DNA from: Candidatus Cloacimonadales bacterium
GTDB taxonomy: Bacteria; Cloacimonadota; Cloacimonadia; Cloacimonadales; JAFGVF01
Reading direction: 5' to 3'
NCBI GenBank assembly: GCA_963663475.2
Contig: CAXXJV010000001.1
Location: 960,001 to 1,024,000 of the forward strand
Length of the DNA stretch: 64,000 nt
Of the stretch, positions 19,116 through 35,735 are shown piece by piece. The first letter of the stretch is position 1. Every line of letters begins with the position of its first letter. The position numbers were made by a program, and so were the translations under genes. A model generated the notes under the pieces. It saw only the letters and a list, made by a program, of their open reading frames with translations, was not told where the DNA came from and did no database searches.

Positions 19116-19721
19116 TTATTCTCCGCTATTACTTTCACTATCTCCATCACCTTCTGTAGTATCCATTTCTTGCTCTTCTCGAGCACTGTCTCTTTCATAT
19201 TGAAGGTCAGATTGGAATTGCCCTTTATCAAAGTATATATCATAAATTAGATCACCAACTTCTGACCAAGCAATGAATCTACCTGCTAGGTAACCGTCTA
19301 AAAAATTAGCTTCCATGGCATAAGACCCATCCTCATACCAGGCATAAGCTGGACCAGATAATCTCCCATCTTTCATAGTTTTAAACTGGGAGATTTGCTT
19401 ATTCTCAAATAAAGAATATGCAGTTCCTGTAAATAGTTGCTTATCTAAATAATACAAGGAATCTCTAATATTTAGTTCTGATAATAATACTGCTTCTGGG
19501 GGAAGTTGAAAAGATTCAATAGAATCTGGATTAAGAGACTTTATCTCTGCCAGAGTTACTACATTATCCTTATTGACTTTCCTTAGGGAAGCCTTGCTAA
19601 TTTCTTGTGACTCTTTAGTTATATCTATATTACCTGACTCTTCTTTATTCATTCTGTTGTTAGAACACCCAACAATGAATAGATAAGAGAAAAATACTAG
19701 AAAAAGTATTCTTTTTACCAT
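19116..19721 (-). CDS. lipoprotein with MORN-variant (YwqK-like) repeats
   Basis: Lipobox IVGC; FTG.A...KDGRLSG...WYEDG...DG.L.G....W...G repeats. Confidence 0.65.
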   Translation of the reverse strand: MVKRILFLVFFSYLFIVGCSNNRMNKEESGNIDITKESQEISKASLRKVNKDNVVTLAEIKSLNPDSIESFQLPPEAVLLSELNIRDSLYYLDKQLFTGTAYSLFENKQISQFKTMKDGRLSGPAYAWYEDGSYAMEANFLDGYLAGRFIAWSEVGDLIYDIYFDKGQFQSDLQYERDSAREEQEMDTTEGDGDSESNSGE

Positions 19722-19814
19722 TAACTCCTCCTTATTAGAGTTTAATAATCCATGATAAAATTATGTAATGATATAATAAGCTATTATCAATAAAGAGTCA
19801 ATAAATTTATTCTT

Positions 19815-20942
<1,128 letters not shown>

Positions 20943-22232
20943 TTAGTTTTTATAATAACGTGAAAATAATCCACTGAAATCAGAATAAAATGCATAGATC
21001 ATTAATGATAAGAGAAAAAAGATTCCCAACTGCTGAAGAACAAGCTGGGTCTTTAAAGATAATTTCTTACCTCTAATCCCTTCAATAAAACTAAACATTA
21101 TATGGCCACCATCTAAAACAGGTATAGGTAATAGATTCATAACCATTAAAACAATATTTAAAAATGCAACAAACTGAAGTCCTTTGGCTGCTCCCTCTTT
21201 AATATAGTCTCGTCCAGCTGAAAAAATCATTACTGGACCACCAATACTGTTCTTGAGAGATTTGGGTTTTCTTATAATCTGATAGAGACTGACATAATGC
21301 ATTCCTACAACCGAAGTAGTAGTGGCAATGCCTGAGATAATCGCCTGAGGGAAAGAAAGCCTTTCTTCATACTTAACAGGAAAGTATTGGGTTACTCCAA
21401 TTAATTTACGATCTTCATTAGGTAACTCCATCTTGGAAAGTTCTTTACTTAAAATCTCACCATCTCTTGCTAATTTAAGTTCAACCTTATCTATATCTTT
21501 ACTAATCTCTTGATTCATTTCATACCAGTTTTTAACTTCTACTCCATCAACAGAGATTATTTTGTCTCCAGATTTAATACCAGCATTATAAGCTGGACTC
21601 TTAGGCATGACTTGACCTACAATAGCTAATATCTCAGGTCTAATTATGGAATAATCAGTCCAATTTGATAAAGTTACATTGGGGATTATTACCCTTTCTT
21701 CTTTACCATTCCTCTCTATTAAAAGATTATTCGCTTCCCCTTCTTTTAAGTTTGATATTCCCGAAAACCAACCAAGTACTTGTTCTCCATTTATTTCTAA
21801 AATTTTATCTCCAGATTCTAAATAACTAGCTAAAGGGGGATTAACTTGATCTATTATTGGGGAATGATCAGTTATCCTTTGCGTGAACATAAAGGATATG
21901 ATAAGAATTATCAAAGCAAAAAGTAGATTTGTAAAAGGACCAGCAAAGGCTATGATTGCTCTTTTCCACCAAGGTGAATTAAGAAAGCCATCAGGATCCT
22001 CTCCTGCTTGATCTATATTGTCTCCCTTCATTTTTACATAACCACCTAAAGGAATCCAGGAGAGTGAATACTCAACTCCTCCTTTAACAAACTTAAAAAT
22101 TGGCTTACCAAAACCTACTGAGAACTTCTCTACGGGAATGCCACAAAGTCTGGCGGCTATAAAATGACCACCTTCATGGACCGCAACCAATAAACCTAAT
22201 ACTATTAAAGCTACTATTATTGTTGTTAACAA
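20943..22232 (-). CDS. rseP: RIP metalloprotease RseP
   Basis: HEGGH, IPLGGYVKM, AGP, two PDZ domains, NLLPIPVLDGGH. Confidence 0.95.
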   Translation of the reverse strand: MLTTIIVALIVLGLLVAVHEGGHFIAARLCGIPVEKFSVGFGKPIFKFVKGGVEYSLSWIPLGGYVKMKGDNIDQAGEDPDGFLNSPWWKRAIIAFAGPFTNLLFALIILIISFMFTQRITDHSPIIDQVNPPLASYLESGDKILEINGEQVLGWFSGISNLKEGEANNLLIERNGKEERVIIPNVTLSNWTDYSIIRPEILAIVGQVMPKSPAYNAGIKSGDKIISVDGVEVKNWYEMNQEISKDIDKVELKLARDGEILSKELSKMELPNEDRKLIGVTQYFPVKYEERLSFPQAIISGIATTTSVVGMHYVSLYQIIRKPKSLKNSIGGPVMIFSAGRDYIKEGAAKGLQFVAFLNIVLMVMNLLPIPVLDGGHIMFSFIEGIRGKKLSLKTQLVLQQLGIFFLLSLMIYAFYSDFSGLFSRYYKN

Positions 22233-22502
22233 ATTTTCTCCTACTTAATACATTATATTGTCCAAATTAAATTATCTCTATTCAGTCTGCGTGTTTTCTC
22301 TTAAGAGAATAACTAGAACACCAAAAGTAAAACTACTAGTTTTTTTGTCAAACTCAAAACTTATAGCAAACATATTTATCTATATATATAGTCTAAGACA
22401 ATGTTTCTACTTTATCCTGGAGAAGACTGAACAGCTTTGTCTTTGTCGGACGGTGAACAGCCTACCCATCAAAACAGGTAACACCAGCATATCTGCCTGT
22501 CA

Positions 22503-23562
22503 AAACTGGTAACGCCAGCATCCCTGCTGGCATTTTCTTAATACAGGGAGCGCCAGCATCCCTGCTGGCATTTCCTCTTCTGCCAGACATCTAAACTGCA
22601 AATCCCTACTTTGCTAAAGCCCTACCCGCCTTTGGGTCGCGGGATTCCAGCCCGCGTTTACGCTGGTGACAAGTGGTTACGGATCCTAGTTTGCCCACCA
22701 AAACTAGGAACGCCAGCATCCCTGCTGGCATTTTCCTAATACTGGGAGCGCCAGCATCCTTGGTGGCAATTCCTTCTCTTACCAGGCATCCAAACTGCCA
22801 AATCTTTACTTTGCTAAAGCCCTATCCGCCTTTGGGTCGCGGGATTCCAGCCCGCGTTTACGCTGGTGGCAAGTGGTTACGGATCCTAGTCTGCCCACCA
22901 AAACTAGGAGCACCAGCATCCCTGCTGGCATTTCCCTTACTTCAAGCACCCAAACTGCCATATCTTTACTTTGCTAAAGCCCTACCCTCCTTTGGGTCGC
23001 GGGATTCCAGCCCGCGTTTATGCTGGTGGCAAGTGGTTACGGATCCTAGTCTGCCCACCAAAACTAGGAGCACCAGCATCCCTGCTGGCATTTCCCTTTC
23101 TGCCAAGCACCCAAACTGCCAAATCCCTACTTTGCTAAAGCCCTACCCGCCTTTGGGTCGCGGGATTCCAGCCCGCGTTTACGCTGGTGGCAAGTGGTTA
23201 CGGATCCTAGTCTGCCCACCAAAACTAGGAGCGCCAGCATCCCTGCTGGCATTTTCCTAATACTGGGAGCGCCAGCATCCCTGCTGGCATTTCCTCTTCT
23301 GCCAGACAACATCCAAACTGCAAATCCCTACTTTGCTAAAGCCCTACCCGCCTTTGGGTCGCGGGATTCCAGCCCGCGTTTACGCTGGTGACAAGTGGCT
23401 ACGGATCCTAGTCTGCCCACCGAAACTCCCAAATCCTTACTTTGCTAAAGCCCTACCCGCCTTTGGGTCGCGGGATTCTAGCCCGCGTTTACGCTGGTGA
23501 CAAGTGGTTACGGATCCTAGTCTGCCCACCAAAACTAGCAGCGCCACCATCCCTGCTGGCAT
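22503..23562. repeat. tandem array of composite palindromic repeats (six core units)
   Basis: Core ACTTTGCTAAAGCCCT...GGGTCGCGGGATTCCAGCCCGCG...GGATCCTAGTCTGCCCACC starts near 22608, 22808, 22968, 23129, 23330, 23439, interleaved with GCCAGCATCCCTGCTGGC hairpins. Confidence 0.95.
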
Positions 23563-23770
23563 TTTCTTTTCCTCACTCTTTTTCCTGTTTTTTCTCTCAG
23601 CATTAGCATTTCTCACTTACCCGTTTTTAAAAAAGCAGACGAAAAACTGTTAATATCAAAAAAAATATCAGATAAAAATAACATAGCATATATGACCATT
23701 TTTCAGTAGCTAAAAAGACCAAAATGTCTATGCATTTATCAAGAAAAATTAAAAAAGATAAAAAAAGGTA

Positions 23771-23853
23771 TTGACAAGAATACCCTCTCCAGTAGTTTGA
23801 CGGAACCAATGCACGGGAATGAAAGTTCCAAAGCAAAGGAAATGATCTTTGAA
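23771..23853 (+). promoter_or_regulatory. rrn promoter and boxA-like antitermination site
   Basis: A-tract UP element, TTGACA-N16-TAGTTT, TGATCTTTGAA at 23843. Confidence 0.6.
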
Positions 23854-23930
23854 TAATTTTAAAAAGTTAAAAAGTTATAGAGTGAATGAATGAAGTAAAC
23901 TTGCGAGAGACAGGAACACGATTTATTATA

Positions 23931-25467
<1,537 letters not shown>

Positions 25468-25541
25468 TAAAGGAGAAATAGTTTCTTGATAAGTTTACTT
25501 TTTCATTCTATAACAAATAAAGGATTTAGTTCTAAGTAAGG

Positions 25542-25618
<77 letters not shown>

Positions 25619-25637
25619 TATAATATATTAAATTAGT

Positions 25638-25713
25638 GGGGGATTAGCTCAGTTGGGAGAGCACCTGCTTTGCAAGCAGGGGGTCAACGGTTCGAGCCCG
25701 TTATTCTCCACCA
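25638..25713 (+). tRNA. tRNA-Ala(TGC)
   Basis: GGGGGATTAGCTCAG...TTTGCAA...GTTCGAGCCC...CTCCACCA. Confidence 0.97.
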
Positions 25714-25807
25714 TCTTATACTTATATATAACCTAATCAGACTAAATTCCGATACATAAAATTTTACAGTAAATAGAGTGCAATAGAGTGTGTATAATTA
25801 ATTTTTT

Positions 25808-28920
<3,113 letters not shown>

Positions 28921-29084
28921 AATATTTTTTATATACACTCTATTATCTCTTACTGTTTAACAACAGTAAGAGAAATGAAAAATTAATAATGAAAAATGAA
29001 AAATGAAAGAATAAGAATCATTTTAAAATTAATTATTCAGGCACGACAAACTAAGTAAAATAAACATTTTTGACAGGGGTCAAA

Positions 29085-29201
<117 letters not shown>

Positions 29202-29382
29202 TTGACCCCTGCTTTTTTTTAGTGAAAAATGAAGAATAAAAAATGAAAAATTGTAGTATTGCTTCGCAATGATATTTGATATAATTTAAGGGGGAAAAGA
29301 TGGAACTACTTCAGGCTGGCCATCTTTGACCCCTGCTTTTTTTATTTAAAAAAGATTGAAAAATGAAAAATGAAAAGTGAAA

Positions 29383-29698
29383 AGTGACGGGAGTTGCTCA
29401 CGAAGTAGCGACTTCCGACAAGTTTTCTTTCTTTCTATCGCCGAAGTCCCTTGCCTAGGGCTGAGGAACTCCGGTCTCTACTTCAGGCTGGCCATTCTTT
29501 CTTTCGCCCGAAGTCCCTTGCCTAAGGATGAGGAACTCTGGTCTCCAGCTAAAAGTAGGCTCAAGTTCAAGTCAGGGATAAGTCTTGAATCCCCAAAAAG
29601 GGATAAATAGTTTAGCCCAGGGTAAATTCCTGAAGGGAATGCAACCCTGGGTACTGGTGATGAAAACAAAGCCTAACCTGAAAGAAAGGGTTAAATAA
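29383..29698. repeat. REP/REPIN-like dispersed repeat cluster
   Basis: Inverted homologue of 49815-50050 and 46055-46173; also related to 32241-32329. Confidence 0.85.
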
Positions 29699-29700
29699 CG

Positions 29701-29830
29701 AAGGGGAATGTTTACTCTCCCCGCCTTACGGCACCCCTCTCATACCGCTCTTACGAGCTGAAAGGGGAATTGTTTACTCTCCCCGCCTTACGGCACCCCT
29801 CTCACACCGCTCTTACGAGCTGAAAGGGGA
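29701..29830. repeat. two tandem ~61 bp repeats
   Basis: AAGGGGAAT.GTTTACTCTCCCCGCCTTACGGCACCCCTCTCA.ACCGCTCTTACGAGCTG twice. Confidence 0.9.
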
Positions 29831-29926
29831 TTGTTGTTGTAGATGGAAGTTTAAACTGGTACACAAATGGCAGTTTAATCTGGTACAGTTTTCAGGAGTA
29901 AAAAAGTAAAAATTCCTGGAGACAAT

Positions 29927-31408
29927 ATGAAAGGAGCCAAAGTGTATCATGCAATCAAGTCGTTAAGCAAAGCAGGTAATAGTGTAAGAGATATAGCCAA
30001 GCAGTTAAAAGTATCTAAAACAACTGTTTTACGCTATTTAAATGTACCTGATAATGAAGTAGAAGAGCTTTTAACAAAAGTTAGAAGACCGAGTGTTTTA
30101 GAAGTTCACAGAGAAGCAATAACTCAGAAAATATCATCAAATCCAAAGATGAGACTAAGCAAATTATACAAAATATTTAAGAGAGATTATGAAGATTTAC
30201 AGATAAGTCAAAGAGGTTTTTTTAATTTTTCTAAAAGAATTAAAGAGAGCTTAGAACTACCAACAAAAAGATATTACAAAGTCGTAAGTTATAAGCCAGG
30301 GATTCAGATGCAAGTAGATCCTGGAGAATGTTATATTAAACTATCAAATAAAGAGCGGAAAAAGATATATTTTTGCGTGTTTAAATATTGCTATTCAAGA
30401 ATGACTTTTGTGCATTTCCAGTTTAAGCCATATAATACAGATGATTTTATTAGTGCTCATAAAGAATGTTTTGAATATTACGGATATATACCAGAGACAA
30501 TGATTTATGATCAAACAAAACTAGTAGTAATCAAAGAAATATATAGAGAGGTTACTTATAATAGTAAGTTTTTCCAATTTATGAACAATCTATCAATAAA
30601 TCCATATTCTTGTGAGGGTTATGATCCTGAGAGTAAGGGATTAGTTGAAAGAGCAGTTAGAGAAGTAAAAGAAGATTTTCTTTATGGTGAAGTTTTTAGT
30701 GGTTTGTCAGAAGTAAGAGTTAGAGCAAAAGATTGGTTTGAAGAGGTTAATAATCGAATTCACAGTTCCTTAAATGAAACTCCACGCAATATGTTTAAAG
30801 AAGAAGAGAAGATCCTTAGATCCTATAATTTATATATCGAAGAACTTAGAAAAGTAGATAAAACAGGATTAATATCCTGGAAAAGAAATAAATATTCTGT
30901 ACCTTATCTCTATCAGCAAAAGAGTGTATATGTAAGAGAGAATGGAACTTCTTTGGAAATATTAGATACTAAGAGTAGAAAAAAAGTTGCTTCTCACAGA
31001 TTATCACAAGAAAAAAGAAGACCTATTATATCTCAATGTCATTATATCGATTATTCTCAAACAATTGAGAAATTAAAAGAAGAAATTAAGGCATTATTCC
31101 CCAATAAGATTAATATCTCCATTTTGCTAGATTCTCTTATTTCAAACAACAGCAAAAATCCAAGAGAGCAACTTTTAGCATTACTTAAATTTATTAATAA
31201 TAATAAACATCTTAATTGGTCAATAATAATTTCCAAAGTTCTTAAATTAGAAGATATAAGAGCAACTAAAATTGAAAGTATAGTTAATGAAGAAAACAAA
31301 AAATACAAATTGCTAAACATCAAAAAGGCTAATTCATACAATCAAGAAAACACTAAAAAATCTTTAATTCAAAGAGATTTATCAATATATGATAGGATAA
31401 TAAAATGA
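29927..31408 (+). CDS. istA: IS21 transposase IstA
   Basis: N-terminal HTH, QVD, YDQ.K, P.SKG.VER DDE motifs. Confidence 0.95.
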   Translation: MKGAKVYHAIKSLSKAGNSVRDIAKQLKVSKTTVLRYLNVPDNEVEELLTKVRRPSVLEVHREAITQKISSNPKMRLSKLYKIFKRDYEDLQISQRGFFNFSKRIKESLELPTKRYYKVVSYKPGIQMQVDPGECYIKLSNKERKKIYFCVFKYCYSRMTFVHFQFKPYNTDDFISAHKECFEYYGYIPETMIYDQTKLVVIKEIYREVTYNSKFFQFMNNLSINPYSCEGYDPESKGLVERAVREVKEDFLYGEVFSGLSEVRVRAKDWFEEVNNRIHSSLNETPRNMFKEEEKILRSYNLYIEELRKVDKTGLISWKRNKYSVPYLYQQKSVYVRENGTSLEILDTKSRKKVASHRLSQEKRRPIISQCHYIDYSQTIEKLKEEIKALFPNKINISILLDSLISNNSKNPREQLLALLKFINNNKHLNWSIIISKVLKLEDIRATKIESIVNEENKKYKLLNIKKANSYNQENTKKSLIQRDLSIYDRIIK

Positions 31409-32133
31409 TAGAAAATTTAAGGAAAAATTTATTAAGAATTAGATGCAGACATACAATTAATAATTTAGAATCATATTTAAAATATGCACAAGATAAAGAA
31501 TTATCATATCTTAGTTTTTTATCTTATGTTATTGAAAATGAATGCAATAGCAGAAATCAGACATTGATATCTTTGCAATTAAGAAGGGCAAATTTCCCAA
31601 TATTAAAGAATTTTGATGAGTTCGATTTTAAATATCAGCATTCAGTAACTAAAAGAATGATAACAGAGTGGAAGGAGTTTAATTGGATCGATAACAGAGA
31701 AAACAAAATATTAATGGGACCTCCAGGGGTTGGTAAGACGCATATATCTATTGCCTTGGGATATGAAGCTATTTTGAAAGGATACAAGGTAATATTTTAC
31801 AATATGAATGAATTAATCGATGAAATGATTATAGCCAATAATGAAAATGATTTTAAAAAGTGGATATCTAAATTAGTAAAAAATGATTTAATCATTATTG
31901 ATGAAATAGGATATTTACCTATTAAGGCAGTTAATGCAAGTTTATTCTTTAAGCTTGTTAATGAACTTTATGAATTCAGATCAGTCATAATAACCTCAAA
32001 CAGACTTTTTCAAGAATGGGGAGAATCTTTTGGAGATAATGTTATCACTACAGCAATAGTCGACAGATTAGTCCATCATGCTGAAACTATCCTGATCGAT
32101 GGAAATAGCTATCGAATGAAAGGAAAAATGTAG
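31405..32133 (+). CDS. istB: IS21 helper ATPase IstB
   Basis: GPPGVGKTH, IIDEIGY, ITSN, DRLVHH, SYR. Confidence 0.96.
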   Translation: MIENLRKNLLRIRCRHTINNLESYLKYAQDKELSYLSFLSYVIENECNSRNQTLISLQLRRANFPILKNFDEFDFKYQHSVTKRMITEWKEFNWIDNRENKILMGPPGVGKTHISIALGYEAILKGYKVIFYNMNELIDEMIIANNENDFKKWISKLVKNDLIIIDEIGYLPIKAVNASLFFKLVNELYEFRSVIITSNRLFQEWGESFGDNVITTAIVDRLVHHAETILIDGNSYRMKGKM

Positions 32134-32521
32134 AAAAAAATTGTTTACAACAGTGTACCAGTTATGACTTCCAAAAGTGTACCAGTTTAAACTTCCATTG
32201 ACAGTTGTACTCAGTCCGAAGAAGTCTATAAGCTACGACTGGAGTGAGGGTAGTTGCTCACGAAGAAGCGACTTCCGACAAGTTTCTTGGCCCAAAGTCC
32301 CTTGCCTAGTGCTGAGTAACTCTGGTCTGCTCCTTTTGGTAAAAAGTGACCAATTAATCGTTAACACTGTAAAAAATCTTTAGGATAATTTCAACGCTTT
32401 CTAACAATGATAAATCGGCTTTTAAAATAATTCTCAAAATACAAAAAAAAAACTTTACTAAATAGAAGGATATTTACATTTATACTTTAAAAGAGATTTA
32501 AATAAAAAATGTGGAGGAACT

Positions 32522-34768
32522 ATGCCTCAAATGATGAGGAAAATAATGCTAATAGCCATGTTAATGGTCTTTAGTACTATAATCACAGCCCAGACTTCAT
32601 TAATAAGAAACATCCGTGTAGAAGGAAATGTTAATATAGATGATTCATTAATTTTAACTGTTTCAAAGGTAAAAATTGGTGATTTCGTTGATTATTCCAA
32701 AGTATCTGAAACTATCCAAAGTTTATATGCCTTAGAAGTCTTTAACAATATCTATATCGAAAAAGAAAATATCTCAACAGGTGTTGAGTTAGTTATTAAT
32801 GTTGAAGAGTATCCTGTTGTTGAAAGTGTCAAATTCAAAGGCAACAAGAAGTATAGTGATTCTGCATTAAAAGAATTTGTTCTTCTTAGAAAAGGTAGCT
32901 ACTATTCCGAGTTTTTGAAAAACAAAGTAAGGAGACAGATAACTCAAAAGTATACAGAAAAAGCTTATAATAATGTAAGCATAGATTATCAGGTAGAAAA
33001 CTTAGATAGTAATAGGGTTAATGTGACAGTACTTATCGATGATGGTGAAAAGATTAGAGTTAATAAAATTACTTTTCATGGGAACAGTGATATCCCTAGT
33101 AAAAAACTTCGTAAGAAGATGAAGACAAAGACAACTAATCTCTTCAGATCTGGTAAGTTTGAACAGGAACAATTTGAAACAGATTTACAAGCAATAGAAG
33201 ACTATTATCAAGAGTTAGGTTATATCAACGCTAAGATAACTAAACATGAAGTAAAGACAGTTGAAGATAGGTTTATCCAAATAGATATTTACCTAAATGA
33301 GGGAGAACAATACAACTACGGAGATGTTCTTGTAACAGGAAATAAATTCTTCACAGAAGAAGAAATTATGGAAGTTCTCGAATTTGACGAAGATGAACCA
33401 TTCAATATGCAAGAATTTAATTCACGTCAAGACCAGATAAGAGAAATGTACTCAGAAGAGGGTTTTATTTATAGCTCTATTGAACCTCAATTAATTATGA
33501 ATGAGGATAAAGTAGATATTCAAATAAATATTGATGAACAAATCAGAGCCAAGGTTAGAAAGATACATATCACTGGTAATCGTGGAACTAAAGAAAAGAT
33601 TATTAGAAGAAAACTAGCTGTTCATCCAGGAGACTTCTTTAAAAGATCACAGATTTTATTAACCCAGCAAAATATCTATAATTTAGGGCTTTTTGAACCT
33701 AATATTGGTATAGAACCTAAACCAATTAATTCTAAAGGTGATGTTGATTTATACTTTAATGTTGAAGATAAAACTTCTGGTTCAGCAAATGGTGGTGTTG
33801 GTTATAATAGTGTGGATGGTTTTGTAGGTCAATTAAGCTTATCTCATAATAATATTATGGGTAATAACTGGCAATCAAGTATATCTTATGAATTCGGTGG
33901 TTCTACTCAGAATGTCCAGTTTAGTTTTACCAACCCTTATACTTTTGATACTAATACTTTAACAGGATTTTCTGTATATAATACAAAAAGAGAATGGGAT
34001 GATTATTATTATGAAATCCTAACTCGTGGTGGATCTGTAAGAATAGGAAGACCTATGAAGTTTATCAACAAAACTCAAGCAATTCTAGCCTATTCTTATT
34101 ACTCAAAAAAATATACTATAACCGATATTGAACAGGTTGAAGCTAATAATAATCAAAGTTTGTTAGAACTTGACCCTTTAGGTTGGAGAAATACCAGCTC
34201 TTTAGGTTTAACTATTTCTAGAGACTCTAGAGATAATGTTTTCTTCCCTACTAAAGGTTCGCAGATAACTATTTATAATGAACTAGCAGGTGGTTTTCTA
34301 GGTGGTAATTTCGATTACTATAAATTCATCTCTCAAGTAAGTTTCTATACTGAAACTTATTACAAATTTGTCTTAAGGAATAAATGGAGATTTGGCTACG
34401 TAACTTCATTCGGGCAATCAGCTTCTGTTCCACCAGATGAAAGATTCTACTTAGGAGGAACTGGTCCTGATGGTATTAGAGGTTATGGAGATAGATCTAT
34501 AGGACCTAGTGATGGTGGTACTAGAGAAATTCTCTATTCTTCCGAACTGGCTTATCCAATTGGGGGAGACCAGCTAACTATTCTTTCCTTCTTAGATGCA
34601 GGAAATAGCTATAACTCACTTAATGATTTTAATTTCTTAGACTTTAAGAAAGGCGCAGGATTTGGTATTAGAATTAGAACGCCAATGGGACTTATTGGCT
34701 TTGATTATGCTTGGTCTTTTGCTAATGAAGAATGGCAGCCTCACTTTCAATTCGGAACTACTTTCTAG
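32522..34768 (+). CDS. bamA: outer membrane protein assembly factor BamA
   Basis: Signal peptide, POTRA repeats, FYLGG...IRGY, terminal Phe. Confidence 0.93.
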   Translation: MPQMMRKIMLIAMLMVFSTIITAQTSLIRNIRVEGNVNIDDSLILTVSKVKIGDFVDYSKVSETIQSLYALEVFNNIYIEKENISTGVELVINVEEYPVVESVKFKGNKKYSDSALKEFVLLRKGSYYSEFLKNKVRRQITQKYTEKAYNNVSIDYQVENLDSNRVNVTVLIDDGEKIRVNKITFHGNSDIPSKKLRKKMKTKTTNLFRSGKFEQEQFETDLQAIEDYYQELGYINAKITKHEVKTVEDRFIQIDIYLNEGEQYNYGDVLVTGNKFFTEEEIMEVLEFDEDEPFNMQEFNSRQDQIREMYSEEGFIYSSIEPQLIMNEDKVDIQINIDEQIRAKVRKIHITGNRGTKEKIIRRKLAVHPGDFFKRSQILLTQQNIYNLGLFEPNIGIEPKPINSKGDVDLYFNVEDKTSGSANGGVGYNSVDGFVGQLSLSHNNIMGNNWQSSISYEFGGSTQNVQFSFTNPYTFDTNTLTGFSVYNTKREWDDYYYEILTRGGSVRIGRPMKFINKTQAILAYSYYSKKYTITDIEQVEANNNQSLLELDPLGWRNTSSLGLTISRDSRDNVFFPTKGSQITIYNELAGGFLGGNFDYYKFISQVSFYTETYYKFVLRNKWRFGYVTSFGQSASVPPDERFYLGGTGPDGIRGYGDRSIGPSDGGTREILYSSELAYPIGGDQLTILSFLDAGNSYNSLNDFNFLDFKKGAGFGIRIRTPMGLIGFDYAWSFANEEWQPHFQFGTTF

Positions 34769-34776
34769 AGGTAAAA

Positions 34777-35733
34777 ATGAACTATAAGCATCTGTTTGGA
34801 CCTGTAATCTCAAGGAGATTAGGAGTATCTCTTGGGGTTGATGTTGTACCTTATAAGTATTGCTCAATGAACTGCATATACTGTGAGGTTGGAGCAACTA
34901 CTCATCTTATAAATGAACCAGAAAATTTAGTGGATTTAGACGACGTAATCAAAGAATTAAAAGATTATATTTCTAAAAACCCTAAACTTGATTATATAAC
35001 TTTTTCTGGAGCAGGAGAACCCTTGCTCTACTCAAAAATTGGTCAGTTGATTAATTACATAAAGGAAACTTACCCCCAATATAAGTTGGCTCTAATAACG
35101 AATAGCTCACATCTTAACAGACCAGATATTAGTCAGGATCTATTGAAACTAGATATGATAATGCCATCTTTAGATGCAGTAGATCAAAGCACTTTCCAAG
35201 CTATTAATCGTCCTCATGAAGATATTAAAGTCTCTGAAATTATAAAAAATCTTATAACTTTTAACAAGACCTTCCCAGGTGAAATGTGGCTTGAGATTTT
35301 CTTTGTGCCTGAACTTAATGATTCTCCAGAAGAGTTAGCTAGAATGAGTCAAGTCATTAAAGAAATTAATCCTGAAAGAGTGCAATTAAATGCTCTTGAT
35401 AGACCTGGTACTGAAGCTTGGGTTAGACAGGAAGATAGAATTAAACTAGAAGAGATTAAGGCTTACTTTGAGTCTGCTTTACCTCAAAATATTATGGTTG
35501 AGATTATAAAAAAGGTAGATAAAAAGCTTTATGATGAAAACTCAACTTCTTTAGAAATAGAGGAGAAGATCATTTCAACAATAAAAAGACGACCTTGCAC
35601 AGCTCAAGATATGAGCCAAATGTTTAGTGTTCACATAAATGCGATCAATAAAGTTCTTCATAAATTGATTGAAGAAAAGAAAATAGAAGGTCTGCATCAA
35701 GAAAGAGGCATCTTCTATAAACTCTTAGGATAA
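34777..35733 (+). CDS. radical SAM protein with C-terminal wHTH
   Basis: FGPVISRRLGVSLG, CSMNCIYC, TFSGAGEP, IKRRPC. Confidence 0.85.
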   Translation: MNYKHLFGPVISRRLGVSLGVDVVPYKYCSMNCIYCEVGATTHLINEPENLVDLDDVIKELKDYISKNPKLDYITFSGAGEPLLYSKIGQLINYIKETYPQYKLALITNSSHLNRPDISQDLLKLDMIMPSLDAVDQSTFQAINRPHEDIKVSEIIKNLITFNKTFPGEMWLEIFFVPELNDSPEELARMSQVIKEINPERVQLNALDRPGTEAWVRQEDRIKLEEIKAYFESALPQNIMVEIIKKVDKKLYDENSTSLEIEEKIISTIKRRPCTAQDMSQMFSVHINAINKVLHKLIEEKKIEGLHQERGIFYKLLG

Positions 35734-35735
35734 TT

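Larger units (their letters stand above)
29838..32203 (+). mobile_element. IS21-family insertion sequence, copy 1 (2366 bp, TSD GTTGT)
   Basis: TG...CA ends, IR TGT..ATGGAAGTTTAAACTGGTACAC with internal repeats, istA/istB, GTTGT on both flanks. Confidence 0.96.

Noticed and set aside
22673-23391. ORFs 22673..23260, 23127..23312 and 23194..23391 as proteins
   Set aside because: The same repeat is read in different frames; atypical composition; no RBS
22503-23562. CRISPR array
   Set aside because: Units are 110-200 bp, intervening segments are degenerate copies of each other rather than unique spacers, and no cas genes are present
29377-29669. ORFs 29377..29610 and 29478..29669 (likewise 32177..32383, 49841..50176, 13142..13366)
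   Set aside because: Translations of non-coding dispersed repeats
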